A stretch of 64,000 nt of DNA. Source: Octopus sinensis (taxonomy: Eukaryota). The position numbers were made by a program, and so were the translations under genes. Location: assembly GCF_006345805.1 (NCBI RefSeq), contig NC_043005.1, forward strand, positions 33,976,001-34,040,000, read 5' to 3'. Positions 37,090-50,519 of the stretch are shown one piece after another. A model generated the notes under the pieces. The model was not told the DNA's origin. It saw nothing but the letters and a program-made list of their open reading frames with translations, and did no database searches. Position 1 is the first letter of the stretch. Every line of letters begins with the position of its first letter.

Positions 37090-38430
37090 CTAAAATTTAA
37101 AAAAAGAAATTTTATATCATTAAACTCTTAAGAATATTGCACTTAATTTCTTTTTCTTTCACATTTTCAACAATAGTTTACTTATTCCAGTATCAGCTGG
37201 AGTTGGATGAAATACAACACATTGACATAAATAGTTGTTGTTTAGCTCTGTTGCCTTGCTAGCATCAAATTTTGATGGAATCGTAAGGCCTGTGACATAC
37301 AACATGCCTTAGGCATCTAAGCCTAGCAAAGCGTAACCCTCTCCAAAACCAACAAGTCATTTCTTCCAGAGAGAGAGAGTCAATCCCATGAGTAAAGTTC
37401 TAAATAGCCAGGAAACTTAAGAGAAGAGAGATGAGAAAGAGACAAGGAGAGTGAAAGTTATGTCTCTCGTGAAAGGAATGGAAACTAGAAATTCATGCAG
37501 TTTGTTAAATTATTCAGATGAAACATGAGGAAATTGTCTATGTCTGAGATAATCAACAACCTAAATAAATCTTATTTACAGTGCCATGATATGAACCACC
37601 AAATTCTCATTTGGTTGTCTGGTATCATTCAATCCAGTCATTCATGCTCTTCAACAAAACAGGGGCAAATGGTAGGCATTTAGCATCAGGTATGTTGCCA
37701 AAGTATTAACAAAATTCCAACAATGGGACAATTGTACATACATTTCACAGAAGTTTAGTAGCATGTACAAGAAATAAATTGGATCTTTATTAATTTTACC
37801 ATGTATCTGCTCTATAGCAAGACACCCGTTTCTGCCTCTCTCTCTGTTACACCCTAACATTTCATCATCTGACACAAGATCACTTCCACCAATGCCCCCT
37901 CACCTTTCACAATTCCTTGTCTTGCAAATTACTTGGTGACCCTGCCAGTGCTGGTGCCATGTAAAAAGCATCCAGTCCACACTGTGAAGTGGTTGGCATT
38001 TGGAAGGGCATCCAGCTGTAAAAACCATGCCAAAACTGACCTCACCTGTGCTAGTGCCACGTAAAAATCACTCGGTCCACTCTGCAGGGTGGTAGGTGTT
38101 AAGAAGGCATCTAGCCATAAAAATCATGCCAAAATAGACACAGCAGCTTCTATTTTGGCCAGCATGGAAGGTAGACATCAAATGATGATTTATATAAAAT
38201 AATGAATCTTTTATTCTTTTACTTGTTTCAGTCATTTGACTGCGACCATGCTGAAGCACCGCCTAATGATGTACATATTCATTCTTAATACAGTGCAGCA
38301 AATTCGAACCAGAATATGCTAATTCCTGTTCAATTTCATCATTGAAGAATGTATCAAGAATGAATGTGTACATCATTTTAATTACTTCTACTCTCTGTGC
38401 ACATAATGAATTACCATTTAACATACTTAC

Positions 38431-39920
38431 CCTAAATTTTTCTTCAAAATACTACGAATGAAAGATCCTTTCCTCTTTCTTTCTAGTCTCTTCTGTTTGT
38501 CCGATTTGTGAAGCTGGGTTGCTAACTTCCCACTTTCTGAATTTAGAAAATTCAGTTCATCACTGATGAACTGAAAATCTGGCTGGCTTTGGACACAGTC
38601 CAACTGACCAGACTTGTTAGTAGCAAAAGTTTTGTTAGACATTCCACTAGAATCTGAGAATGTTGGCTTTTTTATCACAGACAAGCTAGGTTTTGATAAA
38701 ACTGAATCTTTTAATTTAAAACTTTTCTTTTGACACTGCAAATACTTAGTTCTGTTTCTCAAAGGTTTGGATGTGGATTTGGAAGGGGGTGTCTTTGGAG
38801 GAGTAACAATGACACTTCTTGAAGAAAGACAAGTGTCATTGCCACTTGCAGAGTTCTCTGCAACACAATCAGTTCTAGCTAAAAAAATTTGGTTATTTTC
38901 ATTCTTTGCTTTTACCTCTGGTTGCTGCCTTTGTTGATTGTTGCTAGCAAAGTCAGATTTTTTGCTCACTCTCCTACAAGTTCTGCTGGAACTAGACTTT
39001 GATTTTTCCTTATCTACAACAATAGATCCATGATTGGCTGCAGAAGAATGATTTTTAGACGAATAATTTTTTACTTGATTAATTTGGTTTTCATTGCTAT
39101 AATCCATTGGAAGTTCCCTAACACCATTTTTATCCTGGTTTTCAAGTGTATGGGGAAATATATTGTTTTCTATAGTACCAGTAATATTTTCTAAGTTTTT
39201 CTGATGAAAAGATACCTCACTAACTTTACCATCTTCTTTGGGATTACTGTGAAAATTAGATTGATTATCAAGATTAGCCTCAATTATTTTGTTCTCTACT
39301 TCAGATGAAATCTCTTTCTTTTCAGCTTCATTTAACAACTCAACTGGTTCAGCATCAATAATGGCAACCTGGCATTCTACAGCTGACTGGTCACAACTCT
39401 CTTCTGTCTTATTTACTTCTGCTTCAATGTCAACAACTGCAGTATCAACCACAGAATCACTTTCTACACTGGCACTAACTGAGTGCATTTCTGTTATCTT
39501 TTTTGTTGCCGATAAGATTTTGGGAGATTTCTCTACTTGTTCTGCTGCAGTGACAAGTAATTTCTCAGCACTGTCACTGCCATTCTCATAATCATCTTCA
39601 CGAGGAGAACAGACATCAACCTTCTTGACTAATTTATCTTTACCATGATCTTCACAAGACTTGATCACCACAAAATCAACTTCTTTCTCATCCATACTGT
39701 TGGGCACTGTTCTGTGTTCTTTCAAACAGGTATTGCTAGAGAGAAATTTTTTCAGTTTCAACACTGACTTAGCTTTAAATATACGACAAGATTTATGAAA
39801 TGCCAAAGTGTTTTTACGAGCTTTCATTTCTCTATAAGGCCAATAGTAATGACTTCTTTGAGAAAATGAGAGATTTCTCCTTTTCTTTTTATATTCAATT
39901 GGAGAGAAAAATTCTGGCAT
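38431..39920 (-). CDS. GON4L: GON4L coding exon 1 (MPEFFSPIEY...SILKKNLG; exon acceptor at 40101, first in-frame ATG 39920)
   Basis: 1.5-kb ORF (track 38427-39980) with in-frame stop upstream; polypyrimidine+CAG acceptor at 40102-40104; donor GG|GTAAGT at 38430, phase 2 matching the next exon. Low-complexity E/S/K-rich sequence. Start codon choice uncertain. Confidence 0.8.
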
Positions 39921-42900
39921 TTCATTAAATATTTCTTCCGAATCATTGCAAGAATTTAAACCAAAACATAATTTAAACAATTGTAAAAATGCCCTTTAAA
40001 GTCAAAAGTTCTGTCTTCCAATTTCCATGCATCTTTGAAAACTCATTGAAAAAAGGTTGGATAAATGATAAGTTGATATTTGAGATCTTTAGTTCTTGAA
40101 GCTGAAAAGAGAAAAAATAAATAAATAAAAATGATTACAACAAAGGAAATATCTAAAAATCTATTTATTTAAAATCATCAATTTAATAATCAACTATTAT
40201 TAGATTTTCCTGCTAGTATTTAATTGTATATGTAAAAAGCTTAGAACCTAAAGAAGCCCACAAATGTCTGTTCTTACTATTATGGCCAATCCAGTCGTGA
40301 TCAATCCTTGTAACTGGGTTTGCTTCAAGCAAAAACCATGTGGTCGAAAAGCAAACTAGAAGTTTGCTTTGTAACTATGTGGTTTAGGGTTAATTCACAG
40401 TGTGTGCCAGAGGGCAGATGTCATCTACTGTGAAGGAAATTGGAAGACAGAAATTGTAAAATACCTGTCATATGTGTGTGTGTGCTTCTGTTTTCCCCTT
40501 GTCTTGAAGTTGCTAGTGGGCTATATAAAAACAAGATCAGTGTCTACACAAACAGTATCAGTGTTTACAACCTGGCATGAAAACATGTCCAGTCATTGAG
40601 CTGTTCATTGTTTGAAGGCTTAGGGAAAATATTATCTGACTTGAAAACAGGTAAGCAGTGTTAACAGAAAGAGCTGCCAGCTATAGAAAAACTGCCTCAA
40701 TAAGTTTCATCTGTCAGCATGGAAAAATGGACATTAAAACGATGATAATGGTATATGGTTAATGAAACTTCATTCACTATATTACACTTTACTCACTAAT
40801 TCCTACCGATTCCTTCAATGGTAGCCAGAGGGCATCTGGTTACATGGATCATTTGGAGATCTCTGTGATGCTAATATTTCCAGTGGTTGTGGAAGGTTCA
40901 ACATTCTTGTTGACATCTCCAATTCTCAGCAGATGTACTCACAAACACCAACAGATGTACACTGCAACAAAGAAGGCAGGAGTCTTATATGAACTGAGAA
41001 GAAAGAATTACTGACCACAATATGATCCATACCTTCTTCTTTGAGAAACATTGGTTGAGTAATGTAAACTTGGTGGACAGACTGAACACAACTGATCTCA
41101 GAATGCATGGCTGTGTGGTTAACAAGTTTGCTTCCCAACTACATGGTTTTAGGAGTCCCACAGCAAGGCACTTTTGATCAGTGTCTTCTACTAAAGCCGT
41201 AGGCCAACTAAAGTTTTGTGAGTGAATTTGCTTGATGGAAACTGAAAGAACCCCATCCTATGTATGTGTGTGTTTGTATCACCTTGTCTTGACATTGTGT
41301 GTTTATTGTAAATGAATGTCACTGTCATCACAAGCAGTGTCATTCTGTTCTAAAATTCTGCAAAAATGTCTGGCTGGAGGGAAATATTATTTTGCTTGGA
41401 AACAGATGAAGGCTGCCTATAGGAAGGGCATCTGACCACAGAAAATCTGCCTCAATATACTTTCATCTGACCCATGTAAGTATGGAGAAGTGGATGTTGA
41501 AATAATGGTGATGATGATGAAGTACTTTAAAATGGTAGCGGATAGCCTCTACAAAACAGAAGTGGACCAGAAAACTGGGAAGTGGAATTTCAAAAAGATC
41601 TTAGACAAATATTCTCATGAAACATTCAACTATTTAAAGCAATAATAGATTCCTTCTGATAGGATACATTCTAGAATACAAAAGTAATTTTCTTTTTGAC
41701 AATATACAGTAAGTAAGGCAGTGAAGTTGAAGACTCAGTAAGTACCCTACAGTCCATTCTCACATCACATGCTGCCATGACAAACTTTGTCAGCCATCCA
41801 ATTATGCACCAATTACCACCATCAATCATCTGAATCAGCTTTCTCATTACTTGTTACTACCTACTGTGTTGCTAGCTACAAAACAGAGAGGTTAAGCAAT
41901 CCAAAGTCAATAAAATACCAGTCATACTTAAATCAATTGACTATAACCACTTCTATAGAAATTTATGACCATGTTCCAAATGTGACAAATCAGTAATGTT
42001 GAATGTTCCAATCAGTCATGTGTGCAAGGAGACTGAGGACAGAGTTGGTTAAAAGTTGTGCTGCAGTATGGTGTGGAACTCTACTGCACACCTCATCATG
42101 CAGTGTTAGGACCAGTGGAGTGCAATGTGACAGCCTAAACATGTGACAGTTTGTAGACATTTCTGGAAATTTGGTTGTCATGGTAATAATAATATTTGAT
42201 TTGGTCACTAAAGCATTAAACTTTGTTATTAGTTGATATTTTGATTTAATTGTACATTAAAGAGCATTGACAGGAATTGGGTAAGAGAGCAAGTAGAGCA
42301 GCGTTAGTTTTTGGTTGACATAAATGTATTACATTTATGATGATATTAAAATGTTCCATAAATGGACAAAATAGAAAACAAATAATTTTGCAACTGCATT
42401 ATTATTATTATTGAAAGCTGATAGAACCGTTAGTGCATCGAACATAATGCTTAGCAGCATTTCTTCTGCCTTTACATTCTGAGTTCAAATTCTACCAAAG
42501 TTGACTTTGTCTTTCAATTCTTTCAGGCTCGTTTAAATAAATACCAGTCAAGCACTGAAGTCGGTGTAATCAACTAGATCACTCCCTACAAAGTTTCAGG
42601 TCCTATACGTATAGTAGGATTATTATTATTATTATCATCATTAGTAGTAGTAGTAGTAAAGGCTAGCAGAATCGTTAGCGTGTCGGATGCAATGCTTAGC
42701 GACATTTCTTTCGGATCTTTATGTTTTGAGTTCAAACTCTGCTTTTCATCCTTTCAGAGTCGGTGTAATCAAAAAGACCCCTCTTCCAAAATTGCAGGCA
42801 TTATGCTTATTGTAGAGAGGATTATTATTTGATGGAAATAAATTGTCAGCGACACTGTTAAAGAGAGCAATTCAGAAAAATTAGCTTCTTTGAAACATTT

Positions 42901-43299
42901 TAATTTCACTTTCATAACGAAGGTGCTAAGACGAACAGAACAGATGTTATGACAATTTCAAATAGCAGAAGCATTCACTTAAATAGTAGCTAATATTTTT
43001 ATGTGGAAAAAAAAAAAGTTAGACCCCATAATTCAATGTACTCCATTATTATGAATTTAAGGTTTTGTTCCAGTAAGAAATAATTATTGTAGCATTAACA
43101 ACAACGAAGGCAACTGCTACTGTATGACAATTGATGACAAGAAACTTATGATGCTGAGATAAACTTCGCATGTGACCAATTTCCTGCAAAAAAATAATAA
43201 ATAAGATAAAACATTCAAATAATTTTAATCTATACAACGATACTGTCCATAACGGAAGAAATTAAAAAACAAAACGAAAATATTACAACTACAAAAACA

Positions 43300-43772
43300 T
43301 ATAAATACGGTATTATGTTTGAAGAAAATATCAACTGTGCGATGGGTGCTGAAATCTGCTAAACTTGTGGGGTAATAGCTGATTACTAGGTTAAATTTGA
43401 ACAACAGCCAAACCCCTTCAGTTGAAAATAAGAATCACTACAAACACATATAATATACGCATTATCTAACAGACAACTTTGAATAGTTGTTATTTTATAA
43501 CCGACCACTATATATGTAATGTTCTTGATAAAATACGTGAATATAGTACTACAGGACCTTTCTGTATGGCAATGATAAACTAATTTGATAAGTCTTTATT
43601 GTCCACAATATTTAAGAGACCATAATTGTCACCATAAATGCTATTGTATCTTGGTGAATTTACTTTTTGATTAAATACTTGAAATAATTCTCAATATAAG
43701 CAATATTAAATATTCAAACACAATACTCCAGTCCACACTTAACCCTTTAAAAACAACACATCGAACATGCAC

Positions 43773-43815
<43 letters not shown>

Positions 43816-46800
43816 CATGATGGAATAAAACCCGTGTTTAAAAAATATACTGATCTCAATCATGTTCTAAACCTAACTTGCTGAAATTCGGAAATAAATA
43901 TGATCGCCAGCAGACGAATATCAACCATAATGCATCTTTCAGAGAGAAGTTCGATAGTTGCAGAGAAAATGCATAAATGCATGCAAAGCAAAAGATAGTT
44001 GCTTTGCAGAGAAAAGCGAACGAGCTTCTACCTCACATTATCTATCACAAGCTGAATCACAGGGGAAACGAAAAGGTAATTTTGATCGTGAAAAATCCTA
44101 AAAGCATTCTACCACTTAATAAAGCTATAACGACAATCTGATCCCCATGCAAATTAAAATATAATAAAGCAAGATAGGTGCTATTTTCATCGCCCTGTGT
44201 TAGAAGGGGCCAGTTTTCACTGACAAGTGAAAACAACGATATATGCTGGTCTCAAAACGTTACGGGTTATCATCAAACTTAGCACACATTGGATATATTT
44301 AGTTCGGATATTTACCTATATACCTGTAGATCCAAAATGTAGTCAAATTTTCAGAGAATAAATAAATATTAAAGAATTTCGCTTGTTTTTGGTATCCACC
44401 ATTTTCCTGTTATTCTACTGCCGCCACACTTTCAGAATGAGGCTAAGTAAACATCCCGGTGCTAACCGGTAACCGCCATTGCTATGTTCTCTGTGTAAAT
44501 ATATTCCTATTAACAAAAAGAGTGAATTATTTCTCTTAGATTCGTACATCGAATATTAAATATTGCAAAAGGATTGAAAAGCTAAGGAAGCGGTTCTGTC
44601 TTCTGTTTATTTATTTTTTAAATGGAATATATTATGAATATAGTACTTTTTCAAATGTATTTTTATACACATTTTATCAGATATAAAAAAGAAGTTAAGT
44701 CATTATGTGACGGGTACAAGTTTTGAGCAATTCATGTTCGCAGAGAAATGCAAGAACTTTATATTCTTATCTATTAAACCTTACAAGTTCCATTGGGTGA
44801 TTAAGTCATACTGCATTCATTTATTCTATGCGCAATTTGTAAACTTATTTGTGCATGTGAGGTGATTGTATAAAATATTTTACTCTTGCCAAATGAGTAC
44901 TCTTTGTTGAACCTTATTACACGGATCAATTCATCATCATCATATATATATATACACACATATGTATGTGTGTTTATTAAAATTTATTGAAATATGTCAA
45001 GATAATTAAAAATAGAAAGAATTAACTAAAATTTAATACAATATTGCAAAATATAAACTAAATTTTAAACTGCACAGTCAAAATAATTATCACCTATCCA
45101 TAAATTAAATATTTTATAAGACAAAAAAAACAAAAAAGATTTTTCTAGAGTTCTTCAGTTATATGTATTCAAGAGAAACCATCTATCTGGGTTATTTCTC
45201 AATATTTTTAATGCAAGACTCCTGTGCAGATTTTTATTTTGCACGTCACCCAATGGACAGGAAGAAAATACATGCGTACAATATGGCCGCCAACAAGTTT
45301 TTTTTTTCTGGTTTCTTGTTAGTTTCGTTGCCAAAGCTAAAACTTAATTTTGATTTTTAATGTTTTAAACGAACAAAAATTTAGGTTTGTAACATAATAA
45401 ATCAACAGAAAATTTTGGTTTTTGAAATTAACCATATTGATTCAGTATAATTTGTCATAAAACTGAGCGTAAAACTGTTTTGTTTATAGCCATTAGATAT
45501 AGGACATGTTCACAAATCAGAAATCAGTATTATTGACTGTCTATTGAATTATATCAACTTCATCGCTCTTCTTCAGCTGATTTGCTGGTTTCAGATTAAA
45601 TAACAGTTTTTTAAAAAATTATATTTGAAGTTTTATGCATGTAAAGTTGTCTACGAAACGTGTTCCACAAGAAACGATGACATGCATTTAGTTAATTATA
45701 AATAATAATTTCTATAACGTAACTTGAACATAATCCATAATGTCACCAAAATTTTACTCTCCCAATACATAATTTAGTAATATTCCAAAACCTTCCCACA
45801 GCTTTGTAACTCCTACAGATATATATAGAGAGAAAGAGAGATGTATTTATTTATTCCTATGACTAATTAATAAATAGATCTGGATAAACTTTTGTTTACC
45901 TCCACTTATACTTATTATTCAATTGTACTATTGCCTTGCAACATTAAGCATTTGGATATAAATAGGTATACTTCCAATAGTATATTTCTTTTACATGACT
46001 GTCTAACCTCTAGCACACACATATATATATATATATATATTCCAATTTCCTCCTGTAAAATAATTTAAACAAATAATATTAATAAACTAAGTTTAATGGT
46101 AATTAATTGGCTGCGATGAACCCCTTGTTCGTTTAGTTATAGAGTTGGTGTAAAAGTTGGAATATCGCCATTGTCAGTGCAATAGAGAATTGAAGCAATT
46201 TACCAATTCATGAGATACAGAAATATTTATAGATTTTAGAATTTAACTGGGTATTAGGTATCATATTTGAATTTTGATCTGAAAGCATTATCTAATATGC
46301 TTTTATTCCTTTTTGATTCATTAAAAAACTTTGCTTGTTCGTTTCATCTTGAGTAACGAACAACTTGTAATGGCTGAAAGTAAATTATATATTTAAAGCT
46401 CAGTAAAAAAAAAAAAAGACTTATGAATTACAAAGACGGTTCCTGGCAAAATGCCACCTTGTAGCCGTTAGAAATGATTTGATAGTTTTGATCCTTTCCA
46501 TTCTTTCTGTAATGAAATTATTTACCGTAATTAAAATGCGCTTTAAAATAAAAGTAAACTAGCGAACATTTCTAGTTTCGAATGTTAATACTATTGTCAA
46601 ATACATGAACCTAACAAGCTTACATTAATCATTTCTCTGAAAAGATATCGTGCTTAGCTCAGATTCTAGCTTTCACAAGTACAATATTTTATATTCATCT
46701 TCTGAACAAATTGCGACATTACACAAAAATCATCATGCAACAGTTATTCTTTATTACGTTGTCTCTCTTTTTTCCTAAATACTCGCCTACCCGCCCAGTT

Positions 46801-47900
46801 TACGGACTGTAGAAGCTGTTGTATGATTACAAATTAAAACTACAATATAGAGGGGGGAAAAGTCATTGACTTATTGGGTAGCAAATCAATGACTCGTGGC
46901 TCTAGTTCGATCGAATTATGGATCTTACTGCAAAGCAACTCTGGCATGTTTCTCCATTTCCCTGAGTCGCCTCAAGACTATAAGTTAGTATTTCTTATAA
47001 AGGGGTGGGGTATCTCGTAAAGATTGAAGAAAGGTAGACAAAATTTCATGTTTAATAAAATCAAGATCGTTTTAAACTTTGTCCGCCATCACAGCGAAGA
47101 AAGGTCTATATGACTGCAAGCTCTTATCGTCTATCTCAAATCTTCAGACTAAACCTGTAATTATTTGATTATCTTTGTTACAATAATTACAAAATCTGCA
47201 GACAAATCAATGATTGGAGAGCAAACTAAATGGAACCTGCTCAATTTGCCATACTGCATTGACATAATACTTAATACTGTAAGATTTCACAGATTTCTAA
47301 ACCTTACCGAAGCACTGCAAATCTGATGTGCCGGGGTTGTTACTTATTAATAAATGTTCAACAGCTGTGTGTTTTTGGAGCTTCTCACACACATTTGATT
47401 GGAACTTAGAACGTTATTGTTGTAGTTTCTTGTTACTTCCACATTCAACGCACAACCAGTGAGCTAAATGGAGATGTAGCCGATTAGATTAACTCAAATA
47501 CATGCATGGCGCTTATGTCATCATCCATAGAGGGACAGAATGCATGCAAAATTGGGCAGATATGAACTCAGAAAATAAATGCAATGAAGCATGTAACTCA
47601 AGTGCTACAGTTTCTGACAATTCGCAACAAATCAAATCATATGGTGTGCCTGTGTAGCAAACAAAAATACCGGTTTATTGGTACTGCAGTTATTTGTAAA
47701 TTGCAATATATGGAAACGCTGTTTACCTTTTCTCCTCACGTCAAATCACAAACTTTATTTCACGTAAATAAATTATACAAGTTGAGTGTAGAAGGGATTT
47801 CTCAGTAAACTATTTGCTCGCTTTAGATCACGGTTTGTAACCATTTCATTTGCTTACAACTGTAAATCCTTTGAGAAAGACATGAGCACTACATAATCCT
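43300..47900. promoter_or_regulatory. TE-poor candidate promoter/first-exon region of GON4L
   Basis: no recognisable SINE/LINE for about 4.5 kb; YY1-like GCAATGGCGG (minus, about 44472-44481) and AATATGGCCGCC (about 45280-45291); CACGTCAC and CCAAT at about 45242-45254. TSS not determinable. Confidence 0.4.
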
Positions 47901-47931
47901 TATTTTTCATCTACAAATTTATTACATGTAT

Positions 47932-48200
47932 GGAGGCGCAATGGCCCAGTGGTTAGGGCAGCGAACTCGAGGTCGGAGGATCGCGGTTTCGATTCCCAGA
48001 CCGGGCGTTGTGTGTGTTTATTGAGCAAAAACATTTAATAGCTCCACGAGGCTCTGGCAGGGGGTGGTGGCAACCCCTGTTGTACCCTTTCGCCACAACT
48101 TTCTCCTAGTCTCTTGTTTCTTGAGTAACGCTGCAATGGACTGGCGTTCCGTCCAGCTGGGGGGAACACATACTCCCGGGAAACCGGGCCTGGCCAGGCT
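47932..48200 (+). mobile_element. tRNA-derived SINE (third family)
   Basis: A box TGGCCCAGTGG, B box GGTTTCGATTCC. Confidence 0.82.
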
Positions 48201-50087
48201 TGTAAAGAGCGACGTTTATCGTTTTATCGTACATGTACGACAACGTCTATTAACACTGTGGTTCTCAAACTGACAAATACTAACCACCTGAAAAGTATTA
48301 AGGGGAAAAGTTCTTGCTACTCCCCATTTTTTATTAACGAAAAAAGGAACAACAAAAGCAAATAAACATAATATCCATATAATTGTCCTTTCTTCGCCAT
48401 GATGTCGCGCAAGTTTAAAAGCTTTTGAAATCATCTAAATTTCATTTAACACGGTAATTTGCCCTTTCCAGACTCATCAGGCGGTATGTTAGTTAGTAAT
48501 CACGGTTAAATGGGTTTTGCTGCATTCAGATGTAAAATCCCGTTCTGGCTAGTTTGTTCCATATTTCAAAATAGCAATATTTTTAACATAAGCAAAAATC
48601 ATACATTTATCGTGTATGATCTATAAATAAAATCTAACCACGGTACTTGACTGCTACTTAATTTATCGACTTCTAAAAGAATAATCTCGACGGAATTTGA
48701 AATCAGAACATAAATAATACGAATAAAAAATAAAAATTTTATTGCACGCTTCTCTCTCTTTCTCTTCCTAAACCGGCTTTCTTTATTTTACAGAAGTGAA
48801 AATATTAACGATGAATCGTAGCAATGTTCATGACCAATACAGTCAAAGGATAATAATAGTCAAATTATTAGCATATTTGACGCGGTAAAAAAACTTCTGT
48901 GAAATGCTATGTAAAAATGAAATTAGTAAAAGTGCGAAATTCTCACTTTATTTCAACAGATAATTAATTCAGGATATAATTTAATATATATTTAAAAAAA
49001 TCCAAAATGAAGAAACTATATTCAACCTGACGAAAAGAATGAAATAAACCGTCACACTGTTTCGTTAATTACCACTTGAACACGGCTAACTAATGACCTA
49101 ACTGCAGGAGGTCATTGTGGTATGAAAATAAACACAAAATAATGTTATTCATGTTTGTCACATCTTGTTAGTTATTCAAATGAGAATTATATACACTTTT
49201 TTTGGACAGAGCACGTTCGTAGGTCAGAGGTTGGATTGTGTTAGTGAACAACCTAATACCACTCATTATAGATACAGTCTGAGATGTATATAGTAGTAGC
49301 ACCGTCCCACAATCAAACCGACTGCAATAGTTGAGTGTTACTTATTTTACCAACTTCTGAAGCATAAAAAGTAAAATGAAATTTGAACTCAAGGTGTATA
49401 ACAATAGAAACTAATTAGCGAAATGCATTTTTCAGGCGCTCCACTACACCTGCTGCCCTCCTCAGCTGTTAATAATTCGCCTAACCCGTGGAAATTCCGC
49501 CTTTTGTATGTTCTTATTTCTATTTTGATGTATAAATTTATAATCTCCATAAAATGATTTCTTTCTGTTCAAAAATGGTGATAATGTCTCCGATTTCGTT
49601 CGATAGTTAAAATAAACCACCCGCCCACCATTAACACTTCACTTTCCCGCCTCCTTTACGGCAACAGATAAAAGGGGAAGATAAGGTTATTTCCCTTCGA
49701 AAGCATAACATTCGAACAGAAGTTGTGACAAACTGAATAATTTTAGATAGTTCCTAAAATAAACACACAGTCACAAATTTCGGGAGTATTCTAGTTGATT
49801 TAATTAATTCCAATATTTGATTAGTTTGTAATTATATTTCTACTAATGTTATTCTTGCGTGAAATAAATATTTTCTTTTATATACATATACAAAAAAAAA
49901 ACAACAACAAAACATCTATATTATTGGAAATGTGTTATTAGAATGCTGTGATGTTCCTGTATTTCCTGAGAGCATATTATAAAAAAATAAATAAATGATG
50001 CTAAATACTTGGACACCATCCGTATGAAAAACAATAGATGAGATAGACATACAACCCCGACCTTTACTGTACCATAGCGGGCGGCTA

Positions 50088-50128
<41 letters not shown>

Positions 50129-50519
50129 GAAATTTATAGAAAAACAAAAAGGACGAAGACAGGTGTATTAGTTATACACACACACGCACCGAAAGGATGA
50201 AAGGCAAAGTCGATCTCGAGTGGAATTTGAATTCAGAACGTAAAAACCTTTTGTGCAGCGTGCCAACGGTTCTGTCAGCTCACAGCCTTCTGGTTTCAAA
50301 TTTTGGCAAAAGGCCAGCAGTTTCGATGGAGGGGCTAAGTCGATTACATCAACCTCAGTGCTCAATTGGTTCTTATTTTATCGACTCCGAAATGAGGAAA
50401 GGCAAAGCTGATCGCGGCGAAATTTGAATTCAGTATGTAAGAACGGACGAAATGTCGCTAAACATTTTGCAAGTTTTGTATTTCCCACAAGGGGGCAACA
50501 CAGAGGGGACAGTACAATC

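Larger units (their letters stand above)
1096..40101 (-). other. GON4L: GON-4-like gene body (17 coding exons in window; 3' part incl. expected PAH/SANT exons lies beyond left edge; 5' UTR exon(s) probably further right)
   Basis: Spliced translation contains GON4L-family motifs in the right order: LEENARKNNLSVMNVKSILH-TVITNEHVMAMM, EPKMTRSKIKEV, RRTRSKLPL...APDITEDMYD...DWKDFL, DPEYNYL...DEDFRNDRLVRVSKKELHGLLDELF, HTQLLCQ, FSPAQDNLLALG...LLPCRTEKQIRARLKNLRSKRAVDNPIK. All introns are GT-AG and phases join without a break. Confidence 0.93.

Noticed and set aside
45163-45360. ORF containing MAANK as start of a divergent gene
   Set aside because: Weak donor (GTTTTT), no downstream exon or homology; kept only as a promoter motif.
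46880-47089. Protein-looking minus frame MADKV*NDLDFIKHEIL... with only TAA stops
   Set aside because: Four stops in about 60 codons is what random AT-rich DNA gives; no recognisable homology.
48440-48490. Minus-strand CTGATGAGTC hammerhead-like start
   Set aside because: GAAA core incomplete and no helix I partner.
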